Below the pieces are notes generated by a model. The model did not search any database and was not told the origin of the DNA. It saw only the letters and a list, made by a program, of their open reading frames with translations. The position numbers and the translations under genes were made by a program. From a virus (Duplodnaviria; Caudoviricetes), in IMG/VR virus record IMGVR_UViG_3300048838_000256, positions 1 to 53,556 of that record: a stretch of 53,556 nt of DNA; one strand, 5' to 3'. Each line of letters starts with the position of its first letter. The first letter of the stretch is position 1. This document shows positions 1-8,594 of this stretch, piece by piece.

Positions 1-72
1 ATATGCGCAATCAAAGCACGTCAACAAGTATTTTGTAACTGCGCAAACAAACATCACGCTTCGGCACCAGCG

Positions 73-131
73 CCCTAACCCGTCGCTTGAACTGACGGCC
101 TTACGGCCGCCGTTCAGCTCCCACGTTAGGC
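73..131 (+). other. Integron attC-like site (59-base element)
   Basis: CCCTAAC (73-79), 5-nt spacer, GCTTGAAC, central stem CGGCC-TTAC-GGCCG, GTTCAGC, GTTAGGC (125-131); exactly 59 bp with an unpaired base in the L box. Confidence 0.75.
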
Positions 132-164
132 GCAGCATAGCGCTACGCATGAATTGGCGCAACA

Positions 165-731
165 TCAAACGTCGATGACATCGTCCTCGTCATCCGGCTG
201 CGCGGCACTTGGCCGCGGCCTCACTACCGACCCGGTCAGCATGCCAAGCAGCGCAGCGAGGCCGCCGGCCTGCTGCTGGTTGTCGCGCTCGTACAGACCC
301 AGATGCCGCATCGCCTTGTCCAGCGCCTGCCCCTTGTCGTAGAACTCGTATTCGATCCGGCCGAGCTCGTCGATCTTGAACTTCTTGACCGCAGCGCGCG
401 TCGCCGGGTTGAGCTCGTGCGGCAGCTTGACCGTGCCGTCGTCGTTCATCACGTTGGCGATGTCGGAGTGCGCCAGTTTTCGGACCTCGGCGAGCACTTC
501 GACAGCGCGCAACTGCGACTGCTGCAGCGCGGCCTCCTTCAGTTCCGCGATCCTTGCAGCGATCGCGGGGTCATTGACCATCCGGCTCGCCTCTTCGTTC
601 GCGGTCGTTGGCTTGCCCTTGAACTTCGGGTACGCAAGCCGATAGGCCTGCGTGTGGGTCATCTTCCCCTCGGCCACCAACTGCGCGAACCGCTCGCGCT
701 GCGGCGTCAACCCTCGCTCTTCGAGTGCCAT
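165..731 (-). CDS. terS: Terminase small subunit
   Basis: LTPQRERFAQLV..HTQAYRLAY..ASRM..I.ARI.EL N-terminus and YDKGQALDKAMRHLG C-terminus; ATG at 731 overlaps the upstream stop (TGATG). Confidence 0.85.
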   Translation of the reverse strand: MALEERGLTPQRERFAQLVAEGKMTHTQAYRLAYPKFKGKPTTANEEASRMVNDPAIAARIAELKEAALQQSQLRAVEVLAEVRKLAHSDIANVMNDDGTVKLPHELNPATRAAVKKFKIDELGRIEYEFYDKGQALDKAMRHLGLYERDNQQQAGGLAALLGMLTGSVVRPRPSAAQPDDEDDVIDV

Positions 732-940
732 CACGCGCGGCCTTTCGTCGTCCTCGCAGCCCACTGCTGCCGCTGCTCGCCCACATGCGCATCAGCCTGA
801 GAATGCCGATGGCACTCGCGCGGGTACAGCACCGACACCAATTCATGCGCCGGCTTGAACTTGCACTGGCCGAACATACTGCGCGCAGCAGCGACGCCCT
901 TGAGGCGCAGGCTCATGCAGGTCAGGCACTGCACGCTCAT
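731..940 (-). CDS. Small Cys-rich hypothetical protein
   Basis: CxxC..C..C pattern; start and stop both overlap neighbouring genes. Confidence 0.6.
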   Translation of the reverse strand: MSVQCLTCMSLRLKGVAAARSMFGQCKFKPAHELVSVLYPRECHRHSQADAHVGEQRQQWAARTTKGRA

Positions 941-1494
941 GCCTTCACCACCGTGACCTCGACGCCGTGCACGTACAGCATCAGCGCGCGCTTCCAGCCC
1001 CTCTTGATCTCAAGCCACTCCTGCATCGTGCGCGCGCCCTTTGAAGCGTTGCACGTTCGACACAACAGCTGCAGATTTGCGCGCTCTGAAGATCCACCCC
1101 TAGAAACGGGAACAATGTGGTCAACCTCAAGCCGGCGATGAGAGCCGCAGGCAACACATCCAGCCGCTTTGTCTAAAGGCTGGTCCTTTAACGCTGGGTA
1201 TCTGGTGTCGCAACCCAACGCTCTGCGCCGTCTCTGTGTGGCGTTTCTTGAATCTCTGTTTGCCTTGGCCCACTCGCGCCCGCGCTCGTTGTGGCGCTCC
1301 CTGTTTGCAGCGACATAAGCCTTCATGTAAGCCGCCTGCTGCTGCTTGTTTGGCATATGTGACGACCACCGCGATCCCGGCGTCGCCTGCGATGCACTCA
1401 AACACTGGCGCGAGCAATAGTTTCTGTCAACAACCCGGTCGTGACGCTTCATAAAGAATGCGCCGCATTGCGAGCAGTTCATCCCGACCTTCAT
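937..1494 (-). CDS. HNH endonuclease with N-terminal Zn-binding motif
   Basis: CVACG..LEVDHIVPVSRGGS...NLQLLCRTCNASKG; N-terminal CSQC..YCSRQC; lower GC; ATGA overlap at 1494. Confidence 0.9.
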   Translation of the reverse strand: MKVGMNCSQCGAFFMKRHDRVVDRNYCSRQCLSASQATPGSRWSSHMPNKQQQAAYMKAYVAANRERHNERGREWAKANRDSRNATQRRRRALGCDTRYPALKDQPLDKAAGCVACGSHRRLEVDHIVPVSRGGSSERANLQLLCRTCNASKGARTMQEWLEIKRGWKRALMLYVHGVEVTVVKA

Positions 1495-1886
1495 GCCTTG
1501 ATTTCCCTTACCCAAATGCCGTGTCTCCACAACATCAATTTCCGCTTCAACCCCCACTCCGCCGTGCCGCACCCCTTCGGATCCTCGACAACCAGAGCGC
1601 CAGCCTTGTCTCTGTAAGTGAAATCCGCGATGTAAGTCATGGCCCTAATTTTTCGGCCATCCGGCAACACCTGCGCCGGCACTAACTCGAATGGAACTTG
1701 ACGCCGCAAGTCAGAAATCTGGCCGGCCTTGAGCATCCACTGCAGATCAACCCATCGCTTGGCCTCGGCCCTCGAATCGAACCGCACCCCATCGACCACG
1801 GTCGGCTCGTTGGCGTACTTGCGCCGCTCCTTCGTGCGCGGACTGTCGCGCCAGGCGGTCAGGGATGGGCGCGGGCGTGGCGTCAC
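1491..1886 (-). CDS. DUF1064-family PD-(D/E)xK nuclease (putative resolvase)
   Basis: KY.N...VDG.RFDSRAEA.R...L.RQVPFEL...YIADFTY...VVEDPKG...KRKLM; start inferred at GTG 1886. Confidence 0.85.
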   Translation of the reverse strand: MTPRPRPSLTAWRDSPRTKERRKYANEPTVVDGVRFDSRAEAKRWVDLQWMLKAGQISDLRRQVPFELVPAQVLPDGRKIRAMTYIADFTYRDKAGALVVEDPKGCGTAEWGLKRKLMLWRHGIWVREIKA

Positions 1887-1887
1887 G

Positions 1888-3300
1888 TCAGAACTCCCCG
1901 CCACCCTTGGTGCCCTTGCGCGCCTTGGCGGCCACGGCCATCGCCTCGTCGATGTTGGCAGTGCTCTCGCCCCAGCGTTGCACGCGGCCATCGAAGGCCA
2001 GCGCGCCGCGGTGCTTGCGACCCTGGCGGTTCTTGGCCAGCTTCGAGCCGACGATGCGCGGACCCTGCATGGTGTCGTCGCCCACCGACCACAGGAACCA
2101 GACCACATCGGCATCCTGCTCGATGGCGCCGCTGTCCCGCAGGTCCGACATGATCGGCTCGGCACCCGGGCGCTTCTCGACCTCGCGGTTCAGCTGCGAC
2201 AGCAGGATCACGGCAATGCCCATCTGCTTGGCCAGCGACTTGATGCCGCGGCTGATCGCCTCGACCTCAAGGTTCCGGTTGCTCGCGCGCTCTTCCGACT
2301 CGCACAGCTGCACGTAGTCGAGGATCAGTACCTGCAGGCCGGGCACGGCCCGGGCCTTCGCCCGGATGTCGCCCAGGCGCAGGCTCGGCTGGTCGTCGAT
2401 CCAGTACGGCAGATGCGCGAGCGAGTCGACACCCTCGACCAGGCGGCCCCAGTCGTCGTCCTTCAGGTTCCCGGCCTGCAGGCCGCCGTAGTCCACCCGG
2501 CCGGCCTCGGCGATGGCGCGCGTGCCGCACTCGTCCTCGGGCATTTCCTGCGACAGGAACAGCGTCGTGACCCCGTTGCGGGCCAAGTGCAGGCCGCACC
2601 GCTGCGCGAGGCTGGACTTGCCGACGCTCGGCCGGGCGGCCAGCACGTACACCCCGCCGGGGCGCAGGCCGCCATTGAGGGCTCTGTCGTGGTCCGGGAA
2701 GCCAAGCGGCCAGCCGGCCTGCGCCGTGCCGTCGGCCAGAGCCTGCACGCGGTCGATCACGCCGACCATCAGGTCGCCGATGCGCTTGGGCTTGCGCTTG
2801 GCCTCCATCCCCTGCGAGATCCGGGTGAACGCCTCGATGCCGCGCTCGACCACCGGCGCGACCGCCTCGGCCTTGAACGCATCGCTGACGACCTCGTCGC
2901 CGGCGCTGATGGTCTGCCGCAGCAGCGACCGCTCGCGCACGATCTGGGCGTAGCGGCCGATGTTGCCTGCCGTGCCGAGCGACATGCCCAGGTCGTTGAT
3001 GTAGGCCAGCCCACCGACATCCTCGTGCAGGCCCTGGACGCGCAGCGCCTCGAACACGGTGATGACGTCGGCCGGCTTGCTGGCCTGAATCATCCCGGCC
3101 ATGCACGACCAGAGCAACTGGTGCTCACGACGGTAGAAGTCGGCCTCGGTCAGCACGTCGGCGACCTTGTCGAAGGCCAGGTTGTCGTTGAGCAGGGCAC
3201 CCAGCACCGACTGCTCGGCCTCGATTGACTGTGGGGGCACGCGCAGGCCCGTCAGTTCCTCCATCGCTGCCCTGCCCTTGCCTGGGGTCTTCGTGCTCAT
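1888..3300 (-). CDS. dnaB: Replicative DNA helicase, DnaB family
   Basis: PPQSIEAEQSVLGALL, AARPSVGKS (Walker A), ILDYVQL, LSQLNR, DLRDSGAIEQDAD, AKNRQG. Confidence 0.97.
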   Translation of the reverse strand: MSTKTPGKGRAAMEELTGLRVPPQSIEAEQSVLGALLNDNLAFDKVADVLTEADFYRREHQLLWSCMAGMIQASKPADVITVFEALRVQGLHEDVGGLAYINDLGMSLGTAGNIGRYAQIVRERSLLRQTISAGDEVVSDAFKAEAVAPVVERGIEAFTRISQGMEAKRKPKRIGDLMVGVIDRVQALADGTAQAGWPLGFPDHDRALNGGLRPGGVYVLAARPSVGKSSLAQRCGLHLARNGVTTLFLSQEMPEDECGTRAIAEAGRVDYGGLQAGNLKDDDWGRLVEGVDSLAHLPYWIDDQPSLRLGDIRAKARAVPGLQVLILDYVQLCESEERASNRNLEVEAISRGIKSLAKQMGIAVILLSQLNREVEKRPGAEPIMSDLRDSGAIEQDADVVWFLWSVGDDTMQGPRIVGSKLAKNRQGRKHRGALAFDGRVQRWGESTANIDEAMAVAAKARKGTKGGGEF

Positions 3301-4304
3301 TGCAGGCCCTCCACGACGTGTTTGAGGCCCCTGTCGGACATGAGGTAGTCCAGGGTGCACTTCCAGCCTTCATGTCCACGCGCTCGGGGCGTCCTGCCCA
3401 TGAGGAAGTCGGACTCCCTGGCGCGGTCGAAGTAGGTGCGGAACCACGCGACGGCTTCGTCGTGGGTTGTGGCTCTGGGTCGTCCGTCGGAGAGCTTCGT
3501 CATGAACACCCACATCCACAGCTTGCGCATGCTGCGCTGGCGCTTCTCGTCCATGAGCCTGACGGCAGGGAGTTCCGGCAGAACCTCGTGGTAGGCCTTG
3601 ACGATCTCGTCGTAGCGGCAGGGAGGGATCTTCCTGGACGTGGCCCGGGGGGTCGACTGAGCCTGCGAAGTCGACGAGGCACCTTCAGGTGCCGGCTGGT
3701 CAGCATCGGTTTCCAGTTGAGAACCGTTCTCGCTACTGACCCCTACGAACGTAGTGAGTAGGGTATTAATCGGTTCCGGTGTCGTACTCACACCGTACTC
3801 ACGCGTTGGTAACGCGTTACATGATTCAGTGTTACGCGTTACATCGGCCTTCGTTCCTCGCTCTTTGGCGGCCGCCGCAGCGGCCTTCTTGGCGGCCTGG
3901 ACCTCGCGCCAGCGCGCAACGCGATCGGCGTCGCTGCGGCGCTGGGTCATCATTTCGACCACCATCTGAGTGATCGTCGGGTGGTACAGACGGCCGTCCG
4001 ACGCTTCGCACCAGCCACGGAGCAGAATCTCGCGGTACTCGGAAAACACCCGGCGAGGCAGCCCGATGCACCCGGCAAGTTCGCGGTCATCGGTGGGCAG
4101 CGATCCGCACGGCACCTGCTTCCAAGCGGCGTACCACGTGGCAAGCAGCAGGGGCCGCGCCAGCGGGAGGCCGTCCAGGGCCAAGCTGCCGGCCTCGTTC
4201 CATGTGCCAGACTGCTCGATGCGCTCGTAGTCCAGTTGGAACCGCCACCCCTTCGCCCGCACATCTGCGGGGTACGGCGGCTCCGGGCGCGCGTCCTCGG
4301 TCAC
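3297..4304 (-). CDS. Phage replication initiator (O-like)
   Basis: Immediately upstream of dnaB; N-terminus like YdaU/DUF1376 (QVPCGSLPTDDRELA..DGRLYHP); C-terminus AYHEVLPELP...FLMG...W...LDYLM; contains internal repeats; GTG start at 4304. Confidence 0.8.
   Translation of the reverse strand: MTEDARPEPPYPADVRAKGWRFQLDYERIEQSGTWNEAGSLALDGLPLARPLLLATWYAAWKQVPCGSLPTDDRELAGCIGLPRRVFSEYREILLRGWCEASDGRLYHPTITQMVVEMMTQRRSDADRVARWREVQAAKKAAAAAAKERGTKADVTRNTESCNALPTREYGVSTTPEPINTLLTTFVGVSSENGSQLETDADQPAPEGASSTSQAQSTPRATSRKIPPCRYDEIVKAYHEVLPELPAVRLMDEKRQRSMRKLWMWVFMTKLSDGRPRATTHDEAVAWFRTYFDRARESDFLMGRTPRARGHEGWKCTLDYLMSDRGLKHVVEGLQ
3760..3845. other. Putative replication origin (iterons inside the initiator gene)
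   Basis: CGTACTCAC x2 (3783, 3794), ACGCGTTACAT x2 (3812, 3834), palindrome GTAACGCGTTAC (3809-3820), AT-rich GTATTAAT; lambda-like position. Confidence 0.65.
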
Positions 4305-4900
4305 TCGGTCGGCGCCTGCGCCAGGGCGAAGATGGACGACGCGGCCCGCAGAGCCTGATCGCGGCTTGCCTTGGCCTCTGCCCGGCGCCTGGCCCCCTGC
4401 ACTGCTCTGCGCCCTACCATCAGCCCCCAGGCCGCCGCCTGCGCGCTCTGCGTGCTCTGTACTGCCCATTCGTGCAACTCTCCTTGCAGCTTGATCGCGG
4501 CCGTGCGACGCTGATCCAGCATCGCCCTGCGCGCGGGTGTATTCATCGCGCCGCGCTTGCCCGCGGCGCGCATCGCTTTCTTCATCCGGCCCTGGTGAAG
4601 GTGCTCGGGGTTGACGCAGTCGTGGCTTTGGCACGTGCGGTAGCGCACGTAGCCGTCGTTCACCGGCTCGTCGGGCCGGCCCAGCAGCCACGCCGCGGTG
4701 ACGACGTGCATCGACCCGTGGCCCGGCACCCAGACCCGGTGCTGGTTGAACTCCCGCCCCTGCGCCAGCGCTCGGCCGCGCGCCGTGCGCACGTGCCAGC
4801 ACGGCCCTGCCGAGGCGCCATGCCCCTCGTCGACGGGGTCGATCCAGCATCGGTTCTTGAGGTCTTCGACCGTGTAGAGCGCGCCAAGCTGATTCTTCAG
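4301..4900 (-). CDS. Degenerate His-Me finger/HNH-like protein
   Basis: PCWH...HRVW...YRTCQSHDCVNPEHL; start codon uncertain (about 4900). Confidence 0.6.
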   Translation of the reverse strand: MKNQLGALYTVEDLKNRCWIDPVDEGHGASAGPCWHVRTARGRALAQGREFNQHRVWVPGHGSMHVVTAAWLLGRPDEPVNDGYVRYRTCQSHDCVNPEHLHQGRMKKAMRAAGKRGAMNTPARRAMLDQRRTAAIKLQGELHEWAVQSTQSAQAAAWGLMVGRRAVQGARRRAEAKASRDQALRAASSIFALAQAPTE

Positions 4901-5265
4901 TCTGACTCGTTCGGCCGGCGGAGCTGCTGCGCCTTGCGGCCCGGCACCACCCGATACCGGTGATACCGACCGCACCGCATGTCCGTCGAGATCTCCACGG
5001 CCTCCACCGAGCGCAGGAACAGCAGCGCCCAGTCCACCGCCTTCTGACTGCGACCGGTGCCACGCACGATCGAGCCCCGCGGCCACCACACGCGCGACCG
5101 GCTCTTGTCCGCCAGCCACTCGAAGACCGCCTCGGTCGTCGAGCCACTGCGCCACTTCCCCAGCAGCAGTGACGGCGCCCTCGGCGGGGTCGCCTGCTCT
5201 GCCGCCTGCGCCGAGATCCGCAGCAGCTGTACCGAAATCCATGCCATACCCTCCTGTCGCATCAC
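4897..5265 (-). CDS. Hypothetical protein, possibly winged-helix DNA-binding
   Basis: IVRGTGRSQKAVDWALLFL...RYRV pattern; coupled to neighbouring genes. Confidence 0.55.
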   Translation of the reverse strand: MMRQEGMAWISVQLLRISAQAAEQATPPRAPSLLLGKWRSGSTTEAVFEWLADKSRSRVWWPRGSIVRGTGRSQKAVDWALLFLRSVEAVEISTDMRCGRYHRYRVVPGRKAQQLRRPNESD

Positions 5266-5684
5266 CTTGGCCGGGTCGTCGACTCATACGACGCGGCATC
5301 GTCCAGGTCCTGCAGCCGGGCCAAGCCCTCCTGCAGGCTCCGGCCCATCGCCAGCAGTTCGCGGCGAAGCTGGTCGGCCTCGTCGCGCGGCTTGACGGGC
5401 AAGGGAGGGGCGTAGTGCAGGACGGCACACAGGAACGCCATCGGGGCATGGCAGCCGGCGTCTCGGGCCAAGCGCATCACGTGCAGCGCCTCATCCAGGG
5501 ACAGCTTCTCGGCGCGCTCGGGGTCCAGGCTGTTGGTGAGCTTGCGGCGCGCGGCGTCGAGGTCGCGGGAGGCGGCGGAAGGCCAGAGTGCAGCAGCGAC
5601 GACCTTGCTGCCGCCAGCCGCCTTGACGGCCTCGATCAGCGCCTCGTGCCACGACTCCGGCAACGGGTTCGCAGTGACTGTCAT
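5262..5684 (-). CDS. CII-like transcriptional regulator
   Basis: AAGGSKVVAAALWP...L.NSLDPERAEKLSL; downstream of cro; GGAGG SD before ATG 5684. Confidence 0.65.
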   Translation of the reverse strand: MTVTANPLPESWHEALIEAVKAAGGSKVVAAALWPSAASRDLDAARRKLTNSLDPERAEKLSLDEALHVMRLARDAGCHAPMAFLCAVLHYAPPLPVKPRDEADQLRRELLAMGRSLQEGLARLQDLDDAASYESTTRPR

Positions 5685-5768
5685 AGCCCCTCCTGGGCCA
5701 CGGGTTGGAATGCGTTGGATGACCGCGGGCGCGGCCTGGTGCACGCTGGAGGCATGAACACCACGGCC

Positions 5769-5972
5769 CTACTCCACCTCGATGCGGCACTCGAACTGCG
5801 GGGACTTGCACATCCACAGTTCGACGACGGTGCGCGGCCCAATGTCGTTGTCGACCAGGGCCAGGTAGCGGCGGCATCCGTTGCGCAGCGGGCAGTCCGC
5901 CTGCCGCGGCGGCACGTCATCGCGCCATCCAGCGCAGCGCGGCACGTCGTCAGCCAGCGGCGGCACGCTCAC
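5769..5972 (-). CDS. Small Cys-rich hypothetical protein
   Basis: DVPRCAG..CPLRNGCRRY..C; GTG overlaps the cro stop. Confidence 0.55.
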   Translation of the reverse strand: MSVPPLADDVPRCAGWRDDVPPRQADCPLRNGCRRYLALVDNDIGPRTVVELWMCKSPQFECRIEVE

Positions 5973-6229
5973 GCGGCCATCCCGAGTGCGCGCAACTGCT
6001 CGCTGCGCTTGCGGCTGACGAGCTCGGGCCAGATCTTGTGCCACTCGTCGGGGCACATTTCCTGGCGCGTGACATCGCCACCGGTGAACAGTTCGATGGC
6101 GGCCATGTACTTGACCGGCACCGGCCGGCCGGCCGCCCACTGCAACACGCACACCGGGTGCGCACCGATCGCGCGGGCCAGCGCGTACCCACGGCCATGC
6201 ACGGCCTTGACCCAGGTGCTTAGTTCCAT
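5969..6229 (-). CDS. cro: Cro/YdaS-like repressor
   Basis: ALARAIGAHP..V.QW...RPVP....AIE..TGG.VTRQEM.PD.W..IWPEL; divergent from CI. Confidence 0.85.
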   Translation of the reverse strand: MELSTWVKAVHGRGYALARAIGAHPVCVLQWAAGRPVPVKYMAAIELFTGGDVTRQEMCPDEWHKIWPELVSRKRSEQLRALGMAA

Positions 6230-6313
6230 GCTGTGCATCATAGCGCGGCACTCCGCACCTGTATAGCCCAGTGCCGCGCCACGCCGCTATGCAGCCGGGT
6301 TCAACTCGCGCCC
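6230..6313. promoter_or_regulatory. CI/Cro divergent operator region
   Basis: Inverted repeat GCGCGGCACT (6243-6252) / AGTGCCGCGC (6270-6279) plus CATAGCG/CGCTATG pair. Confidence 0.65.
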
Positions 6314-6772
6314 ATGAGAACGATCGCCGAAATCCGCAAGGACCGACTGGAGTGGGTGCGCGAGCAGCACGGCTTGTCGCTGGCCGAACTGAGCCGCAAG
6401 CTCGGCCGAAGTTCTCGCGACAGCACGCTCAGTCAGATCCGCAATGGCGCGCCGGACAGCAAGACGGGCAAGTCCCGTGCGATGGGCACGAATCAGGCGC
6501 GGGCCATCGAGGACGCGCTCGGCCTGCCGCATGGCATCATGGACACAGAACTACCAAGTCAGGGAGTGACTGTGCCGACTGCTACTGTTTCCATCGACCA
6601 AGCCCTCAACGTGCTCGGCCTGGCCCTGCAGGGCATGCCGCCCGCGGCCCGGGAAGCGATCGCCACCAACCTTGCGGGATGGGCGCGCGATGGTGGTGCC
6701 GACCACTGGCGCGCGGGGCTGCAGGCCATGCTCCAGCACACGCAGAGGAAACTGCCGTCGCTGGCGGCGTAG
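6314..6772 (+). CDS. cI: CI-like HTH repressor lacking an obvious S24 peptidase domain
   Basis: IR..RL...SLAELSRKLGR..STLSQI.N...RAMG...AR.IE.ALGLP.G.MD; 152 aa. Confidence 0.8.
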   Translation: MRTIAEIRKDRLEWVREQHGLSLAELSRKLGRSSRDSTLSQIRNGAPDSKTGKSRAMGTNQARAIEDALGLPHGIMDTELPSQGVTVPTATVSIDQALNVLGLALQGMPPAAREAIATNLAGWARDGGADHWRAGLQAMLQHTQRKLPSLAA

Positions 6773-6881
6773 TGATCCAACTGCGCACAATGCCAGATCA
6801 GCGATATCCCCAGAACGAATCTCCCCGCATTCGCGTGGTGCCTTGCATGGCCGCGAAGAGCACAACTGACGGCATAGATCA

Positions 6882-7142
6882 ATGCGCGCAGGAGTAATCA
6901 CACTGTCGGTCATGATTGCTGCCTGCGGGCCGACGACGGCGCCGGAACCAAGGGCGCCCAGGCCGACGGAGCCGGCCGCGGTCAAGCAGACCATCACCCT
7001 GCCGGGAGGCGGGTATGCGCACGTGCTGACCATGCCGATCGACGAGTTCGACAGCGCCCGCTGCCTGGTCGTGACGACCCAGACCGGGAACGTCTCGGTG
7101 TCGTGCACCGAGCCCCGGATCGACCTCACGCCCGACGACTGA
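6882..7142 (+). CDS. Small lipoprotein
   Basis: Hydrophobic signal peptide with lipobox-like IAAC followed by a Pro-rich linker. Confidence 0.65.
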   Translation: MRAGVITLSVMIAACGPTTAPEPRAPRPTEPAAVKQTITLPGGGYAHVLTMPIDEFDSARCLVVTTQTGNVSVSCTEPRIDLTPDD

Positions 7143-7150
7143 ACCCGTCT

Positions 7151-7235
7151 GACGTTCGCGCGTAGCGCGGAGCAGACGTTCGCGCGCATTGCGTAGCGAT
7201 TTGCTGTTGACTTGTGCGCAGCGATGCGCGATGAT
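7151..7235 (+). promoter_or_regulatory. Early promoter with operator-like sites
   Basis: TTGACT (7207-7212), 17 nt, GATGAT; GCGYAGCG-type 14-mers at 7160, 7191, 7216; direct repeat GACGTTCGCGCG at 7151 and 7175. Confidence 0.7.
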
Positions 7236-7275
7236 CTCTCCGAGGCGGCAAGGATGCCGCCGACAGGGGATCCAA

Positions 7276-7389
7276 GTGAACTACCAACCGGTCATCAACG
7301 CGATCCGCGCGTTGCCCCCCGCAAACCCCAAGCCCGTCGCCGCGGTGGCGGTATGGCCGGACTTCGACGCCGAAGAGGTCGCAGCGTGA
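7276..7389 (+). CDS. Small hypothetical early protein
   Basis: GTG after AGGGGA; first ORF after the promoter; overlaps next start. Confidence 0.45.
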   Translation: MNYQPVINAIRALPPANPKPVAAVAVWPDFDAEEVAA

Positions 7390-7655
7390 GCGCGGGCCCG
7401 TTCGCCGGCCTGGCCGAGATCTGCGAGCAGATCAAGGCCAAGCACGCCGCGGCAGCAGCGGCCCGCCTTGCTGCCATGCCAGCGCCTGTGCCGCCGCGCA
7501 GGCCGACGCGCGAGGAACTGCTCGCGCAACTGGCCCAGGCCCGCAGCGGGTTCGACCCGTCCTACCCCTACAGCGACAACTACACCGAGTTCTGTCTGCA
7601 CGACAGGAAAGCCCAGGCAATCGCCCGCATCACGCGGGAACTGGAGGAAGCGTGA
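7386..7655 (+). CDS. Hypothetical protein
   Basis: GTGA overlaps at both ends; FDPSYPYSDN motif. Confidence 0.6.
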   Translation: MSAGPFAGLAEICEQIKAKHAAAAAARLAAMPAPVPPRRPTREELLAQLAQARSGFDPSYPYSDNYTEFCLHDRKAQAIARITRELEEA

Positions 7656-8008
7656 GCAAGAGCAACGTCCCGCAGCAGTACCTCGTCAACGAGGCACTGG
7701 GCTGCGTGTACTGGATCGAAATGAGCGACATCAACGTCGAGAAGGTGCGCGAGAAGTTCGGCGACGAGGCCGCGGCGATGCTGCAGGACTTGGTCGCGGC
7801 GGCGGCGGATGCCGGCGTGCCCAAGGGGGTGCAGTCCGCGGCGCTGATGTACACGCCGCTGCAGTCCGACGGGTCGTTCGACACCGGCAACGCCATCGAG
7901 GTCGACCCCGAGGCAATCCCGGGCGGCAAGAACACCTACAACGAGATCACGATGTTCATGGCCCGCATGGGCAACCTGGGCAACGTGGTCCCGTCGACCT
8001 TCAACTGA
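7652..8008 (+). CDS. Hypothetical protein
   Basis: GGAGG SD, strong GC3 bias. Confidence 0.75.
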   Translation: MSKSNVPQQYLVNEALGCVYWIEMSDINVEKVREKFGDEAAAMLQDLVAAAADAGVPKGVQSAALMYTPLQSDGSFDTGNAIEVDPEAIPGGKNTYNEITMFMARMGNLGNVVPSTFN

Positions 8009-8223
8009 TGGCGGCCGGCATGCGTGGCGACCGCCTGCACTTCTTCGAGCCGACCTGCCCGGTCGACGACGAGCACGACGCGGCACGCGACCGCGAATCC
8101 GAGGCGGCGCGCGAGGCCGAAGACGCCGTGCGCATGCCGCGCTGGTTCTGGGCCGTCGTGGTGCTCGCGGTGCTCGCCGTGCTCATCTGGTCCTGGGCTC
8201 ACCCCTGGGGCGTTCTCGACTGA
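8008..8223 (+). CDS. Small membrane protein
   Basis: C-terminal hydrophobic segment WFWAVVVLAVLAVLIWSW; TGATG overlap. Confidence 0.6.
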   Translation: MAAGMRGDRLHFFEPTCPVDDEHDAARDRESEAAREAEDAVRMPRWFWAVVVLAVLAVLIWSWAHPWGVLD

Positions 8224-8234
8224 AGGAGATCCAC

Positions 8235-8594
8235 ATGGAACAGGTCATGGCCGTCGTGAAGAACAAGGGGGATTTCGGCCCATGCGTCGAGGTCGCGTGC
8301 CCGCACTGCGGCACGGTGTCGGTCATCCACACGAAGAACCTGCCGCAGTACGCGCCCAAGGTCGTCCACTGCGAAACCGACGACGGCGGCTGCGACCAGC
8401 CGTTCATGGTGCGCGGCGAGATCCTGGCGGCGCCGGTGCGCCTGCAGATCGGGCTGTCGCTGTCCGACTTCTACACGCTCAAGCGCATGCCGAGTGCGCC
8501 GAACCCGGCCGGCCGGGTCGAGGGCCAGGCCATCACGAACCCGCAGGAGATCGAGGCGGCGATGGCGGACACGGAAGGCTGGGATGCGTCATGA
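8235..8594 (+). CDS. Zn-ribbon hypothetical protein
   Basis: AAGGAG SD; CPHC...C(ETDDGG)C. Confidence 0.7.
   Translation: MEQVMAVVKNKGDFGPCVEVACPHCGTVSVIHTKNLPQYAPKVVHCETDDGGCDQPFMVRGEILAAPVRLQIGLSLSDFYTLKRMPSAPNPAGRVEGQAITNPQEIEAAMADTEGWDAS

Noticed and set aside
3297-5449. Long N-terminal extensions in the ORF track (616 aa and 382 aa versions; also 12539, 9805, 36019, 39733 and 43680 starts)
   Set aside because: They overlap real upstream genes; shorter starts with SD or stop-start coupling fit better
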